Source: Eikenella longinqua
Lineage (GTDB): Bacteria; Pseudomonadota; Gammaproteobacteria; Burkholderiales; Neisseriaceae
Assembly (NCBI RefSeq): GCF_001648355.1
Contig: NZ_LXSL01000028.1
Location: 45,123-109,122 of the forward strand
Length of the DNA stretch: 64,000 nucleotides
Direction: 5' to 3'
Below the pieces are notes generated by a model. That model did not search any database. It was given only the letters and a program-made list of their open reading frames with translations, and had not been told where the DNA came from. Below, piece by piece: positions 12,819 through 24,535 of this stretch. A program made the position numbers and the translations under genes. Every line of letters starts with the position of its first letter. Within the stretch, counting starts at the first letter, position 1.

Positions 12819-13067
12819 ATGTTCTCCGCCGAAGAAACCCAATCTCTGCTCGCCGAAAAAGGCATCGGCAAAACCGTATTGCAGCGTTTGCAGCAAATGG
12901 GCTTGGACAGCGTGGCCAAGCTCGCCGCCGCCGAAGTAAACGACATGCTGGAGCAGGGCGCCGCGCTCACCGGCAGCAGCTGCTGGAAAAACAGCCCGCA
13001 ATCCCGCGCCGCCATGCAAACCGCCGTGGCTTGGGCCAAGCGGCGGCAGGCGGAAAGCGCAGAGTAG
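12819..13067 (+). CDS. Small helix-hairpin-helix-like protein (82 aa)
   Basis: GIGKTVLQRLQQMGLDSVAKLAAAEVNDML resembles an HhH DNA-binding motif. The 171-aa track ORF in the same frame overlaps the lipoprotein gene, so the internal ATG at 12819 is preferred. Confidence 0.45.
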   Translation: MFSAEETQSLLAEKGIGKTVLQRLQQMGLDSVAKLAAAEVNDMLEQGAALTGSSCWKNSPQSRAAMQTAVAWAKRRQAESAE

Positions 13068-13173
13068 GGCGGAAGGCTATCTGAAAATATCGGCACCTGC
13101 GAAGCAAGGCGCAGGCCGCACACAAACTATTTTTCAGGTAGCCTCACAACAGATTAAACCATAAGGAAACCAT

Positions 13174-13494
13174 ATGATTACCCTCACCCAAAAAGCCGCC
13201 GACCACATCAGCAGCTTCCTTTCCAAGCGCGGCAAAGGCGAAGGCATCCGCGTGGGCGTGAAAACCAGCGGCTGCTCCGGCATGGCCTACACGCTTGAAT
13301 TTGTGGATGAAGTGCAGCCGGAAGACGTGGTGTTTGAAGGGCACGGCGTGAAAGTGTTCGTCGATCCCAAAAGCCTGGTGTATCTCGACGGCACCGAGCT
13401 GGACTACACCAAAGAAGGTTTGCAGGAAGGCTTCAAGTTCGCCAACCCCAACGTGAAAAACGAATGCGGCTGCGGCGAAAGCTTTAATGTCTAA
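13174..13494 (+). CDS. iscA: Fe-S cluster insertion protein IscA/ErpA (HesB family)
   Basis: 106 aa. [16 protein letters not shown]...[11 protein letters not shown]. Confidence 0.9.
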   Translation: MITLTQKAADHISSFLSKRGKGEGIRVGVKTSGCSGMAYTLEFVDEVQPEDVVFEGHGVKVFVDPKSLVYLDGTELDYTKEGLQEGFKFANPNVKNECGCGESFNV

Positions 13495-13687
13495 ACCGTT
13501 TAGCCAAACACAAAAAGGCTACCTGAAAATTTTATAGCGGATTCACTTAACTTTCGCTATGGCTTTGCAGAACCCCGCCTTTCTGTGGGAAGCCCGTTTT
13601 CAGGTAGCCTTATCGGCTACCTGAAAAACTTCGGCAGCCTTTTGCCCGTTCGGCTACAATGCAGCCGTTTTTTGCTTGGGATTTCCT

Positions 13688-14308
13688 ATGCCGCCCCGTT
13701 CCAAATCATCCAAAACCTGGCTCAACGAGCACGTGAACGACCCTTATGTGCACCAAGCGCAGAAAGACGGCTACCGTGCCCGCGCGGCATACAAATTGCT
13801 GGAGATCAACGAGAAAGACAAGCTGATCAAAAACGGCACGGTGCTGGCCGATTTGGGCAGTGCGCCGGGCAGCTGGTCGCAGGTGGCGGCGAAGCTGGCG
13901 GGCGCGCAGGGGCAGGTGTTCGCGCTCGATATCCTGCCGATGGAGCCGGTGGCGGGTGTGTCGTTTATCCAAGGCGATTTCCGTGAAGACGAAGTGTTGG
14001 CGCAGCTGGAAAACCTGCTCGGCGGCCGTGAGCTAGACCTTGTAATTTGCGATATGGCACCCAATATGTCGGGCAATGCGGTAACCGACCAGGCGCGCAG
14101 CTATGTGTTGTGCGAGCTGGCTTTGGATTTTGCCGCCGAGCACCTGAAAACGGGCGGCAATATGCTGGTGAAAGTGTTTCAGGGCGCGGGTTTTCAGGAA
14201 TATATGCAGGCCATGCGCGGGGTGTTTGCCCAAGTGTTGGTGCGCAAGCCCAAGGCTTCGCGCAGCCGTTCCAGCGAAGTGTATCTTTTGGGGAAAAATA
14301 AAAGATAG
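13688..14308 (+). CDS. rlmE: 23S rRNA (uridine2552-2'-O)-methyltransferase RlmE (FtsJ)
   Basis: [33 protein letters not shown]...[15 protein letters not shown] at 13688 preferred over the upstream track start. The rlmE-ftsH pair is conserved. Confidence 0.9.
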   Translation: MPPRSKSSKTWLNEHVNDPYVHQAQKDGYRARAAYKLLEINEKDKLIKNGTVLADLGSAPGSWSQVAAKLAGAQGQVFALDILPMEPVAGVSFIQGDFREDEVLAQLENLLGGRELDLVICDMAPNMSGNAVTDQARSYVLCELALDFAAEHLKTGGNMLVKVFQGAGFQEYMQAMRGVFAQVLVRKPKASRSRSSEVYLLGKNKR

Positions 14309-14371
14309 CGTTGGCATTTGTATTTTCAGTAGTTTTTATTTTTGTTGGCATTAAATTAGGAGCTGGTTACC

Positions 14372-16417
14372 GTGCGTAACACCGTCAGAACGATTTTGGT
14401 TTGGCTGTTTTTGGCCGGGGTGTTGATTGCCTCGACTCAAACACTGCTGGGCGGAAGAGAAAACAAACAACAAATCAACTATTCGCAGTTTATCCAGCAG
14501 GTAAACAAAGGCGAAATCGCCAAAGTGGACATGGAAGGAACGCTGCTGAACGGCTATGTGCTCAGAGGCGAGCGCACCGATAAAACCAAGTTCTACACCA
14601 ATGCGCCGATAGACGACAAACTCTTGACGCTGCTGCAAGAAAAGAACGTTGATTTCCGCTATATCCCGGAAGAGAAACAGGGCATGCTAACCGGCCTGCT
14701 GTTCAACCTGCTGCCGGTGATGCTGCTGATTGGCGCGTGGTTTTACTTTATGCGCATGCAGAACGGCGGCGGTGGCAAGGGCGGGGCGTTTTCCTTCGGC
14801 AAGAGCCGCGCGCGCCTCTTGGATAAGGATGCCAACCGTGTAACCTTTGCCGATGTGGCCGGCTGCGACGAAGCCAAAGAAGAAGTGCAGGAAATCGTAG
14901 ACTACCTCAAAGCGCCGAACCGCTATCAGAGCTTGGGTGGCCGCGTGCCGCGCGGCATTTTGCTGGCCGGCAGCCCGGGTACGGGTAAAACCTTGCTGGC
15001 CAAGGCGATTGCCGGTGAGGCCGGTGTGCCGTTTTTCAGCATTTCCGGCTCGGATTTTGTGGAAATGTTTGTTGGCGTGGGCGCTTCCCGCGTGCGCGAT
15101 ATGTTTGAGCAGGCTAAGAAAAACGCGCCCTGCATCATCTTTATCGACGAAATCGACGCAGTCGGCCGCCAGCGCGGTGCAGGCTTGGGCGGAGGCAACG
15201 ACGAGCGCGAGCAAACCTTGAACCAGCTCTTGGTGGAAATGGACGGATTCGAGAGCAATCAAACCGTTATCGTGATTGCCGCCACCAACCGCCCCGACGT
15301 GCTCGACCCGGCCTTGCAGCGCCCCGGTCGTTTCGACCGCCAAGTGGTGGTGCCGCTGCCGGATATCCGCGGCCGCGAGCAGATTTTGCAGGTGCACGCC
15401 AGAAGAGTGCCGCTGGATGCTTCGGTGGATTTGATGTCGTTGGCGCGCGGTACGCCCGGTTTTTCCGGCGCCGATTTGGCCAACCTGGTGAACGAAGCCG
15501 CACTGTTTGCCGGCCGCCGCAACAAAATCAAGGTGGATCAAAGCGATTTTGAAGACGCCAAAGACAAGATCTACATGGGCCCGGAACGGCGCAGCATGGT
15601 GATGCACGAAGACGAAAAACGCGCCACCGCCTACCACGAGGCCGGCCATGCCATCGTGGCCGAGAGCCTGCCGTTTACCGATCCGGTGCACAAAGTTACC
15701 ATCATGCCGCGCGGCCGGGCATTGGGTTTGACTTGGCAGCTGCCCGAGCGCGACCGCATTAGCATGTATAAAGACCAAATGCTCAGCCAGCTTTCCATCC
15801 TGTTTGGCGGGCGCATTGCCGAAGATATTTTCGTGGGCCGCATTTCCACCGGGGCTTCCAACGATTTCGAGCGGGCCACGCAGATGGCGCGAGAAATGGT
15901 CACGCGTTATGGCATGAGCGAGAAAATGGGCGTGATGGTGTATGCCGAAAATGAGGGCGAAGTGTTCCTTGGCCGCAGTGTGACCCGTTCTCAGCACATT
16001 TCCGAAAAAACCCAGCAGGAAGTGGACGCCGAAATCCGCCGTATTCTAGACGAGCAATATGCGGTGGCTTATAAGATTTTGGACGAAAACCGCGATAAGA
16101 TGGAAACCATGTGCAAGGCCTTGATGGAGTGGGAAACCATCGATCGAGACCAAGTGCTGGAAATCATGGCGGGCAAGCAGCCCAGCCCGCCCAAAGATTA
16201 CAGCCACAATGTGCGCGGCAACGGCGAGGGAGAAGCCCCGCCGCAGGAAGGCCAAGAGCCGGAAGGTGCGGCCGAGCCTGCCGATGTGCCCGACGAGTTG
16301 CCGCAAACCGCCAAGCTGGCGCATGAAGATGCGCCGGTAGCGGAAACCGTGGTGGCCGACAGTGCGGTTGAGGCGGAAGTTTCCAGCTTGCCGGCAGATC
16401 ATTCGAGCGACAAATAA
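14372..16417 (+). CDS. ftsH: ATP-dependent zinc metalloprotease FtsH (GTG start)
   Basis: 681 aa. Walker [32 protein letters not shown] region and HEAGHA zinc motif. AGGAG ribosome-binding site before GTG. Confidence 0.95.
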   Translation: MRNTVRTILVWLFLAGVLIASTQTLLGGRENKQQINYSQFIQQVNKGEIAKVDMEGTLLNGYVLRGERTDKTKFYTNAPIDDKLLTLLQEKNVDFRYIPEEKQGMLTGLLFNLLPVMLLIGAWFYFMRMQNGGGGKGGAFSFGKSRARLLDKDANRVTFADVAGCDEAKEEVQEIVDYLKAPNRYQSLGGRVPRGILLAGSPGTGKTLLAKAIAGEAGVPFFSISGSDFVEMFVGVGASRVRDMFEQAKKNAPCIIFIDEIDAVGRQRGAGLGGGNDEREQTLNQLLVEMDGFESNQTVIVIAATNRPDVLDPALQRPGRFDRQVVVPLPDIRGREQILQVHARRVPLDASVDLMSLARGTPGFSGADLANLVNEAALFAGRRNKIKVDQSDFEDAKDKIYMGPERRSMVMHEDEKRATAYHEAGHAIVAESLPFTDPVHKVTIMPRGRALGLTWQLPERDRISMYKDQMLSQLSILFGGRIAEDIFVGRISTGASNDFERATQMAREMVTRYGMSEKMGVMVYAENEGEVFLGRSVTRSQHISEKTQQEVDAEIRRILDEQYAVAYKILDENRDKMETMCKALMEWETIDRDQVLEIMAGKQPSPPKDYSHNVRGNGEGEAPPQEGQEPEGAAEPADVPDELPQTAKLAHEDAPVAETVVADSAVEAEVSSLPADHSSDK

Positions 16418-16426
16418 GCCATAGAA

Positions 16427-16491
16427 GGGGCTACCTGAAAATATTTCGGTTTCGCAGAAACTTTGCTGTGCTGCTTTTTCAGGTAGCCTCT
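16427..16491. terminator. DUS inverted pair with internal small-repeat module after ftsH
   Basis: GGCTACCTGAAAATATTTCGGTTTCGCAGAAACTTTGCTGTGCTGCTTTTTCAGGTAGCC. Confidence 0.55.
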
Positions 16492-16518
16492 TGCTTTGTA
16501 TGCGCAGGTTTACTAGTT

Positions 16519-17022
16519 TCAGCCTTGCCGTCTGGCGGCCATGCGTTTGCCGATGGCTTGCAGCTCGGCTTGGGGGATTTTTTGTTCGCCGAGCTTGAAC
16601 AGCTGCTCTTCGCGCGGGATGTGGAAGTCGTAGCCGGCGGTAAAGCGGGCAATCAGCTCGGGGTTGAGCGGGATGCCGTCGGCGAGGCTGGCGAGGTGTT
16701 GGTTGAGTTCATCCCAGTTGCGGTGCAGGGTGTCGTGTTCGGCTTCGAGCGCTTGGATGAGGGGGCGGGCTTCGGGGGCGTGGCGCAGCAGCAGGGGGAA
16801 GAAGTCTTCTTCTTCGTCTTGGTGGTGCAGCGGGGCGGCGACGTTGAAGTAGTGCCGGATTTGGGCGATGCTCTGGTCGGCCACGTTGTTGTAGCCGTGC
16901 TGTTTCAGGTAGCCTTCCAGCATGTTGAGCTGGCCGCAGAAGCGCTGCACTTTGCCGTGGCAGGCGCGGAGCATGGCGGTGGGCTGTTCGAAGGTGACGG
17001 ATTGGGTGTTGAATAGATCCAT
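16519..17022 (-). CDS. Hemerythrin (HHE cation-binding) domain protein
   Basis: 167 aa with H...HHQDEE and HD...H...EE. pattern. A DUS is embedded in the coding sequence (..EGYLKQ..). Confidence 0.7.
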   Translation of the reverse strand: MDLFNTQSVTFEQPTAMLRACHGKVQRFCGQLNMLEGYLKQHGYNNVADQSIAQIRHYFNVAAPLHHQDEEEDFFPLLLRHAPEARPLIQALEAEHDTLHRNWDELNQHLASLADGIPLNPELIARFTAGYDFHIPREEQLFKLGEQKIPQAELQAIGKRMAARRQG

Positions 17023-17127
17023 GGTGTTTCCCTGTGATGAGGCTACCTGAAAATATGGGCTTCTGCGGTGCTGAAAATGAAATGCTGCCGTGTGTGGGCA
17101 GCATTGTCAATGATGGGGTGGGGCGGC

Positions 17128-17328
17128 TTATTGCAGGTTGCCGTTGGCGGCGGGGGCAGCTTGTTGGTCGCCGTGTTTGCCGAGGTAGGATACGGCCAAA
17201 TCGGCGCAGCAGCCGCAGCAGGTGGCCACGCCGAGGGTGGCTTGCAGGTCGCTCAGGCTGTTGGCGCCGGCGGCGACGGTTTCTTGGATTTGGCGGTCGG
17301 AAACGGCATTGCAAACGCAGACGAACAT
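17128..17328 (-). CDS. bfd: Bacterioferritin-associated ferredoxin Bfd, (2Fe-2S)-binding
   Basis: 66 aa. MFVCVCNAVSDRQI...GVATCCGCC. Confidence 0.85.
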   Translation of the reverse strand: MFVCVCNAVSDRQIQETVAAGANSLSDLQATLGVATCCGCCADLAVSYLGKHGDQQAAPAANGNLQ

Positions 17329-17355
17329 GATGTGCCTCTATCGGGTGGTTGTGCT

Positions 17356-17386
17356 TGGATGAGAATCAGTATTGTTGCGATATGGT
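17356..17386 (-). promoter_or_regulatory. Possible Fur box upstream of bfd (weak)
   Basis: The minus-strand reading GCAATCATAAATAATCTCC partly matches GATAATGATAATCATTATC. bfd is classically Fur-regulated. Confidence 0.25.
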
Positions 17387-17615
17387 AATGGAGATTATTT
17401 ATGATTGCAATAGTCTGCTGCGATGCTGTGGCTGTTTTTGTTTCATTGAAGCCCAAGTTTTAGCTTTGCGGAAACTTTGCCTTGGCTGCATTAAGGAATC
17501 GCTTTCAGGTAGCCTTTTGGATATGGGGCGAAACGGGTGTGGCGGGGCGATAAGTTTGGCCGCTGGCGGGCGCTTTATAGTAAAATGCGCCCACTTTTAT
17601 CTGCTGAAATATGAA

Positions 17616-18110
17616 ATGAGTACGAATAAGATTGCATGGTTCCGACTGTGGCCGTATGCGCTGCTGGCGGGTTTGGTGGTGTTTGCCGACCAGTGGAGCA
17701 AGCTGTGGGTGTTGGATCATGTGGTGTTCAACTGGCGTATTCCGGTGATCAAGGGTTTTTTCGATATCACCCATGTATACAACCCGGGCGCGGCATTCAG
17801 CTTTTTGGCCGGGGCTTCGGGCTGGCAGAAGTATTTGTTTGCCGGTTTGGCGGTGGTGGTGACGCTGTATTTGGTGTCAGGGATGCGCGCGCAGAAGTTC
17901 GGGCGCGTGGGTAATGTGGCGGCGGCGATGATTATCGGCGGTGCTATCGGCAATGTGATCGACCGCATCAACTACGGTCATGTGGTGGATTTCCTGCTGT
18001 TTTATTGGCAGAACCACTACTACCCGGCGTTTAATGTGGCCGACAGTTTCATCTGCATTGGCGCAGCATTGTTCGTTATTGACGGTTTGCGTCAGGGTAG
18101 GCACGAATAA
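17616..18110 (+). CDS. lspA: Lipoprotein signal peptidase II
   Basis: 164 aa. Start at MSTNKIAW inside the longer track ORF. Conserved FNVADSFI and NxGAAFSF motifs. Confidence 0.9.
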   Translation: MSTNKIAWFRLWPYALLAGLVVFADQWSKLWVLDHVVFNWRIPVIKGFFDITHVYNPGAAFSFLAGASGWQKYLFAGLAVVVTLYLVSGMRAQKFGRVGNVAAAMIIGGAIGNVIDRINYGHVVDFLLFYWQNHYYPAFNVADSFICIGAALFVIDGLRQGRHE

Positions 18111-18207
18111 GAATATAGGCAGAGATAGGCTACCTGAAAACGATGTCGCGCAGCCAAGGATGAGTTCCTGCAAAGCTAGACATCACAGCCACACACGAGG
18201 ACAAAAC

Positions 18208-19140
18208 ATGACGAAAACCATCATGCTGGCCAACCCGCGCGGCTTTTGCGCGGGCGTGGACCGGGCCATCAATATTGTAGAGCGGGCGCTGGAGCAGTTT
18301 GGCGCGCCGATTTATGTGCGGCACGAGGTGGTGCACAACAAATTCGTGGTGGACAATTTGCGCGCAAAAGGCGCGGTTTTTGTGGAAGATTTGGTGGACG
18401 TACCGCCCGGTGCCACGCTGATTTATTCGGCGCACGGCGTATCCAAGGCGGTGCAGCAGGAGGCGGCGGAGCGCGGCTTCCGCGTGTTTGACGCCACCTG
18501 CCCGCTGGTCACCAAGGTGCACCGCGAAGTGGCGCGGTTGGACGAAAACGGCTACCAAATCATCATGATCGGCCACGCCGGCCATCCGGAAGTGGAAGGC
18601 ACGATGGGGCAGTTGGCGCCGGGCAGCATGCTTTTGGTGGAAACGGCGGCAGATGTGGCGCGCTTGCAGGTGCGCAATCCAGACAAGCTGGCGCATGTGA
18701 GCCAAACCACGCTGTCGATTGATGAAACCAAAGAAATCATCGATGCCCTGCGCGCGCGTTTTCCCAACATCAAAAGCCCGCGGAAGGAAGATATTTGCTA
18801 TGCCACCACCAACCGGCAGGAGGCGGTAAAGCAGCTGGCGGCGGAGTGCGACGTGGTGGTGGTAGTGGGCGCGCCCAATTCTTCCAACAGCAACCGTTTG
18901 CGCGAAGTGGCGGCGCAGCAGGGCGTGGACGCTTATATGGTGGACAATGCAGGCTACCTGAAAAAAGAATGGTTTGCCGGCAAGGAGCAGGTGGGGATTA
19001 CCGCCGGGGCTTCGGCGCCGGAAGTGTTGGTGCAGGAGGTGGTGGATACCGTGCAAGGCTGGGGCTATGCCACGGTGCGGGAAAGCGCGGGGGAGCAGGA
19101 AAGCATTGTGTTTGTGCTGCCCAAAGAATTGCGCGGTTAA
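18208..19140 (+). CDS. ispH: 4-hydroxy-3-methylbut-2-enyl diphosphate reductase IspH (LytB)
   Basis: [21 protein letters not shown]..., three conserved Cys, SSNSNRL. GAGGA ribosome-binding site. The lspA-ispH pair is conserved. Confidence 0.95.
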   Translation: MTKTIMLANPRGFCAGVDRAINIVERALEQFGAPIYVRHEVVHNKFVVDNLRAKGAVFVEDLVDVPPGATLIYSAHGVSKAVQQEAAERGFRVFDATCPLVTKVHREVARLDENGYQIIMIGHAGHPEVEGTMGQLAPGSMLLVETAADVARLQVRNPDKLAHVSQTTLSIDETKEIIDALRARFPNIKSPRKEDICYATTNRQEAVKQLAAECDVVVVVGAPNSSNSNRLREVAAQQGVDAYMVDNAGYLKKEWFAGKEQVGITAGASAPEVLVQEVVDTVQGWGYATVRESAGEQESIVFVLPKELRG

Positions 19141-19162
19141 GCCGCTACGGCTCAATATTTCA

Positions 19163-19207
19163 TCCCCTGTTGCGGCTGATGCCGGGCAGGGGATGAAGTT
19201 TTTAAAC
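19163..19207 (+). terminator. Rho-independent terminator after ispH
   Basis: CATCCCCTG-N18-CAGGGGATG stem followed by AAGTTTTT. Confidence 0.55.
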
Positions 19208-19263
19208 CAGGGCTGTGCTGCCTCGCTTTGTTTTGATTGAAACTGAATCCATTATGGCGGATG

Positions 19264-19370
19264 CATAGTGGATGAAATTTAAATCAGGACAAGGCGACGA
19301 AGCCGCAGACAGTACAGGTAGTACGGCAAGGCGAGGCAACGCAGTCCTGGTTTAAAGTTAATCCACTATA
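19264..19370. mobile_element. Correia-like repeat-enclosed element (MITE), copy 1, ~107 bp
   Basis: Ends (c)ATAGTGGATGAAATTTAAATCAGG ... CCTGGTTTAAAGTTAATCCACTATA are terminal inverted repeats. The core CAGGACAAGGCGACGAAGCCGCAGACAGTACAG...TACGGCAAGGCGAGGCAACGC matches my recollection of the neisserial Correia element. About 95% identical to copy 2. Confidence 0.7.
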
Positions 19371-19446
19371 TTTTCAAATCTTGCAGGCAAAAAGCAGGCT
19401 ACCTGAAAAATCATGGTAGCCTGAATGAACAGCTAGAGAGTAACTT

Positions 19447-19989
19447 TTACTGGGTGCAGATACTGCTTTCGAGCACCGGCGGAATGTCGCCGGCACAAGC
19501 CCAAATCAATTGCCCCTGAGCCTGCATCGGTAGCAGCAGTACGGCACGTTCGGCAGTGCCGCCGGCAGGAACGGCGGTAATCGCGCCCTGGCTGAGGGTG
19601 ATGCTTTGCCAGAATGCTTTTTGGCCGGCGGGAACATCAATCGTTTCGTTGATTTCGTTCAGGCGCGTACCTTTGGCCAGGCGGGTTTCCACCCATACTT
19701 TGGCCATGTTCAGCGCTTCAACCGCTTGGGCATCGGTGATGAGGGGAGCGGCAGGGGCTTGCGGGGCACCGGTGCCGACTGTTTCTTCGGCAGCCGGATC
19801 GGCCAAGCCGACCAAGCCGACCAAGCCTTTGGCCTGCTCGATGATGTCCGGGTTCAGATAGGCATAAGCGCCGCCGCCAATCAGCAGGGCAGCCAACAAC
19901 AAACCGACGATACGGCCTGCGCCGCCTCCGCTGTTTCTGTTGCGGGATTGTTTGCGGTTGCGTGAAAGTTTTCTGGTTGCAGTAGCCAT
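19447..19989 (-). CDS. Hypothetical membrane-anchored protein (N-terminal Arg/Asn-rich cytoplasmic tail, one TM, periplasmic domain with C-terminal Cys pair)
   Basis: Start at MATATRKLSRNRKQSRNRN.. chosen, then GRIVGLLLAALLIGGGAYAY TM segment. No family recognised. Confidence 0.5.
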   Translation of the reverse strand: MATATRKLSRNRKQSRNRNSGGGAGRIVGLLLAALLIGGGAYAYLNPDIIEQAKGLVGLVGLADPAAEETVGTGAPQAPAAPLITDAQAVEALNMAKVWVETRLAKGTRLNEINETIDVPAGQKAFWQSITLSQGAITAVPAGGTAERAVLLLPMQAQGQLIWACAGDIPPVLESSICTQ

Positions 19990-20203
19990 GTAAAGGGTAT
20001 CCTGAGTAGATTCTGTGTAATTGGAATTAGACGGAAGATAAAGTTCTCTAAATGGATAAGCATGAACCATGCCAAAGTTGGATTACTGGGCAGGGAGTGC
20101 TGAAAAATTGTTTTTCACTATTGATTGCAATGAATAATTTAATCCAGGCAACACAAGGCAAGCATGCTATGAAGAATAGAGGCTACCTGAAAAACGGCAG
20201 GGC

Positions 20204-20238
20204 ATAAAAAAGCACCCTCAAAGCGAGGGTGCTTTCGC
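20204..20238 (-). terminator. Rho-independent terminator of groEL
   Basis: The minus strand reads GCACCCTCGCTTTGAGGGTGC followed by TTTTTT. Confidence 0.7.
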
Positions 20239-20259
20239 ATAGCGCGGGCTACAGGCCGA

Positions 20260-21927
<1,668 letters not shown>

Positions 21928-21955
21928 TCAGAAATTATTGTCTTGATGGGTTTGC

Positions 21956-22243
21956 TTATTCGATGATGCCGAAGATGTCTTCTTCGCGCATCACCAGCAG
22001 CTCTTCGCCGTCCGCTTTCACGGTTTGGCCGCTGTATTTGCCGAAAATCACGCGGTCGCCCACTTTCACATCGAGCTTGCGGCGCTCGCCGCCTTTGCCC
22101 ATTTTGCCGGCACCCACGGCAATCACTTCGCCCATATCGGGCTTCTCGGCGGCAGAGCCGGGCAAAACGATGCCGGAAGCGGTTTTTTCTTCGGCTTCCA
22201 GGCGCTTGATGACTACGCGGTCGTGCAGGGGACGAATTTTCAT
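21956..22243 (-). CDS. groS: Co-chaperonin GroES
   Basis: [28 protein letters not shown]... Start at the second in-frame ATG (96 aa). Confidence 0.95.
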   Translation of the reverse strand: MKIRPLHDRVVIKRLEAEEKTASGIVLPGSAAEKPDMGEVIAVGAGKMGKGGERRKLDVKVGDRVIFGKYSGQTVKADGEELLVMREEDIFGIIE

Positions 22244-22432
22244 AAATCTTCTCTCCAAATTGAATGTGATGATTTGTTGCTACCCGGTTGAGGGTAAACA
22301 GAAATGTGCCGGCCAAAGCGCGGCACGCTGCTTATGCGGCGAAGGAAATAGGGCTGACGGCGGCGAATTCAAGGGCGGGAGGTGAAAAATATTCGGCGGG
22401 CAGATTGAGCGGCGGGGCGGGAGGTTTTTAAC

Positions 22433-22790
22433 TTCGTTGAAGCTGATGCTTTCAGGTAGCCTTTGAGGCGGACGAGGCTACCTGAAAATGCTTCGGGCGG
22501 CTTGATTGGTTTTCAGGTAGCCTCTTTGCATGGCGGGCTGGGTTGGCTGAAAATCAAACGGCATTTTAGCGGGCTTGGGCAGGGTGATTGGGAGGGGAGA
22601 ACGTTTGGCTCAAAGGCTACCTGAAAACTGCGGAAGAGGATGTGGATAATTTTTCAGGTAGCCTGAAAGGGCGGGAAGCGTTTGCAGCGCTGGTTGGGAT
22701 AGGGAAAAAGGCTACCTGAAAAATCGCGAGGAGAGACTACCGATAGGAGTTTGAACACAAAGAACGGCGCGATTTTCCAGGTAGCGAGGA
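22433..22790. repeat. Cluster of 8 DUS copies in about 360 bp upstream of groES
   Basis: DUS at about 22445, 22478, 22511, 22614, 22650, 22709 plus degenerate copies 22541 and 22766, arranged as inverted pairs. Confidence 0.7.
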
Positions 22791-22798
22791 GGAGAGGG

Positions 22799-23449
22799 TT
22801 AGATGGCGGTGGCGAGCCACAGTTTAGCGGCGAAGAAGATAAACAGGGCGCCGGCGCTGCTTTTGCCCAATGCGGCGGCACGGCTGTATTTGGTGCCCAC
22901 GCGGCCCACGGAATCGGCCATCAGAATCAGCGTGCTCATGCACAGCAGGCTGCACAGCTGGAACGTGCCGCCCAGCACCAGGAAACTCAGCTGCGGATGT
23001 TCATAGCGGATGTTGATAAACTGCACCATGATGGCGGGGAAAAACAGCAGGCTTTGCGGATTGGCCAAGGAAATAATGAGCGATTTGCGGAACACTTGCA
23101 GCCTGGTGCTTTCGGCGGCGTGGCTGTCGGCTTTGGCTGCGGCGGTGTGGCGCAGTTTGAGCCAGCCTTCGCGCAGCAGCATCACGCCCAAATAAGCCAG
23201 GTAGGCGCCGCCGGCCAGTTGCAGCGCGGTAAACAGGGAAGGGTAGGCTTGCAGCAGGGCGCTGGCGCCGAAGGCGGAGGCCACAATCAAAATGCCGTTG
23301 CCGAGGAAGATGCCGGCGAAAGCGCTCCAGCCGGGTTTCCTGCCGTATTGGCCAGCCACCGACAGGCAGTAAATCATATTCGGCCCGGGCAGCAGCACCA
23401 GCAGCAGCACGGCCAAGATATAAGCGGAAAAGTTAATGATACCGAACAT
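22799..23449 (-). CDS. LysE/RhtB-family amino-acid exporter
   Basis: 216 aa, six predicted TM helices, LysE-family N-terminal LPGPN motif. Divergent from a LysR regulator. Confidence 0.8.
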   Translation of the reverse strand: MFGIINFSAYILAVLLLVLLPGPNMIYCLSVAGQYGRKPGWSAFAGIFLGNGILIVASAFGASALLQAYPSLFTALQLAGGAYLAYLGVMLLREGWLKLRHTAAAKADSHAAESTRLQVFRKSLIISLANPQSLLFFPAIMVQFINIRYEHPQLSFLVLGGTFQLCSLLCMSTLILMADSVGRVGTKYSRAAALGKSSAGALFIFFAAKLWLATAI

Positions 23450-23542
23450 TTATGTGCTCCCATTAACAAGATGTGCACACTATACAGCCGCTGTCTTGAT
23501 ATATAAAATACTGCCTAAAGAAGCCTGTGATAGGGAAAACAG

Positions 23543-24466
23543 ATGATAAATTTCCGCCTCATCCGCCATTTGTGGCTGTTTCTCGCCGTGGCCGAAGAAG
23601 AACATTTCGGCCGTGCCGCCGAAAAGCTGAATATGTCGCAGCCGCCGCTCACCGAGCAGATCAAACAGCTGGAGCACGCCTTGGGCATGGTGTTGTTTGA
23701 GCGTTCGCGGCGCGGCACCAAGCTCACGGCCGCCGGCTATTCCATCCTACCAGTCGTGCGCAAATTTGCCGAGCAGATGCAGCAGCTGCAAAGCTCCGTG
23801 TATGAAATTGCCGCCGGGCGCAGCGGCATTTTGCATATCGGCGCGATTGCCGTGTCGCTGGTGGAAGTGTTGCCGCCGCTGATCGAGCACATCCACCGGC
23901 ACTATCCCAACATCAGCATACAGGTGCGCGAAATTGACAGCGGCGACACCGAAGCGCTGCTGCAATCGGGCGAAATCGACCTGGCCTTCACCCGCTTAGA
24001 AATCCCGTGGGACAGCACCATCCACCTGCACACCCTGCGCCGCGAGCCGCTGGCCGTGGTGTTGCCGAAAAGCCACCCTTTCGCCTCCCGCACGGCGGTG
24101 GATTTGAAAGACTTGGCCGGCGAAGGCTTTGTGATGTTTGAGCGTGCCATCAGCCCCGATTCTTTCGACACCCTGCTGGCCGCCTGCCACCGCGCCGGCT
24201 TTTCGCCCAATATCCTGCACGAGGTGCGCACCATCGCCCTGCAGGTGGCCTTTGCCGGCTGCGGGCAGGGCGTGGCGCTGGTGCCCGCTTCGTCGGCACG
24301 CTATCTGCCGAGCAACGCCGTGCTGTTGCCGCTGAACGACGATATTTGGATCACCAGCGTGGCGCTGGCCTGGCACGAGGGGCAGCACGACCCGCTGCGG
24401 GATAATGTGTTGGCCCTAGCACGGGCATATTTTGAAGATGGGGCGGAAGGGGGAAAGGCTACCTGA
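23543..24466 (+). CDS. LysR-family transcriptional regulator (ArgP/LysG-like, divergent from the exporter)
   Basis: 307 aa. N-terminal HTH LRHLWLFLAVAEEEHFGRAAEKLNMSQPPLTEQIKQLE and a LysR substrate-binding domain. Confidence 0.85.
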   Translation: MINFRLIRHLWLFLAVAEEEHFGRAAEKLNMSQPPLTEQIKQLEHALGMVLFERSRRGTKLTAAGYSILPVVRKFAEQMQQLQSSVYEIAAGRSGILHIGAIAVSLVEVLPPLIEHIHRHYPNISIQVREIDSGDTEALLQSGEIDLAFTRLEIPWDSTIHLHTLRREPLAVVLPKSHPFASRTAVDLKDLAGEGFVMFERAISPDSFDTLLAACHRAGFSPNILHEVRTIALQVAFAGCGQGVALVPASSARYLPSNAVLLPLNDDIWITSVALAWHEGQHDPLRDNVLALARAYFEDGAEGGKAT

Positions 24467-24535
24467 AAAAAGGGAGGGGGTTCAGGTAGCCTTGGATGGG
24501 TTGGGGCTACCTGAAAAGTTGATTGGGTTTGGGGC

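Noticed and set aside
12552-13067. 171-aa track ORF as a single gene
   Set aside because: The upstream 89 codons overlap the lipoprotein gene in another frame and are Thr/Pro/Ala-rich. The internal ATG at 12819 with an HhH-like body is the plausible gene.
22260-22340. Sigma-32 promoter or CIRCE upstream of groES
   Set aside because: I could not find a convincing TTGAAA...CCCCATnT or TTAGCACTC-N9-GAGTGCTAA match by eye. Only a short GTGCCG...CGGCAC inverted repeat is present. Left uncalled.
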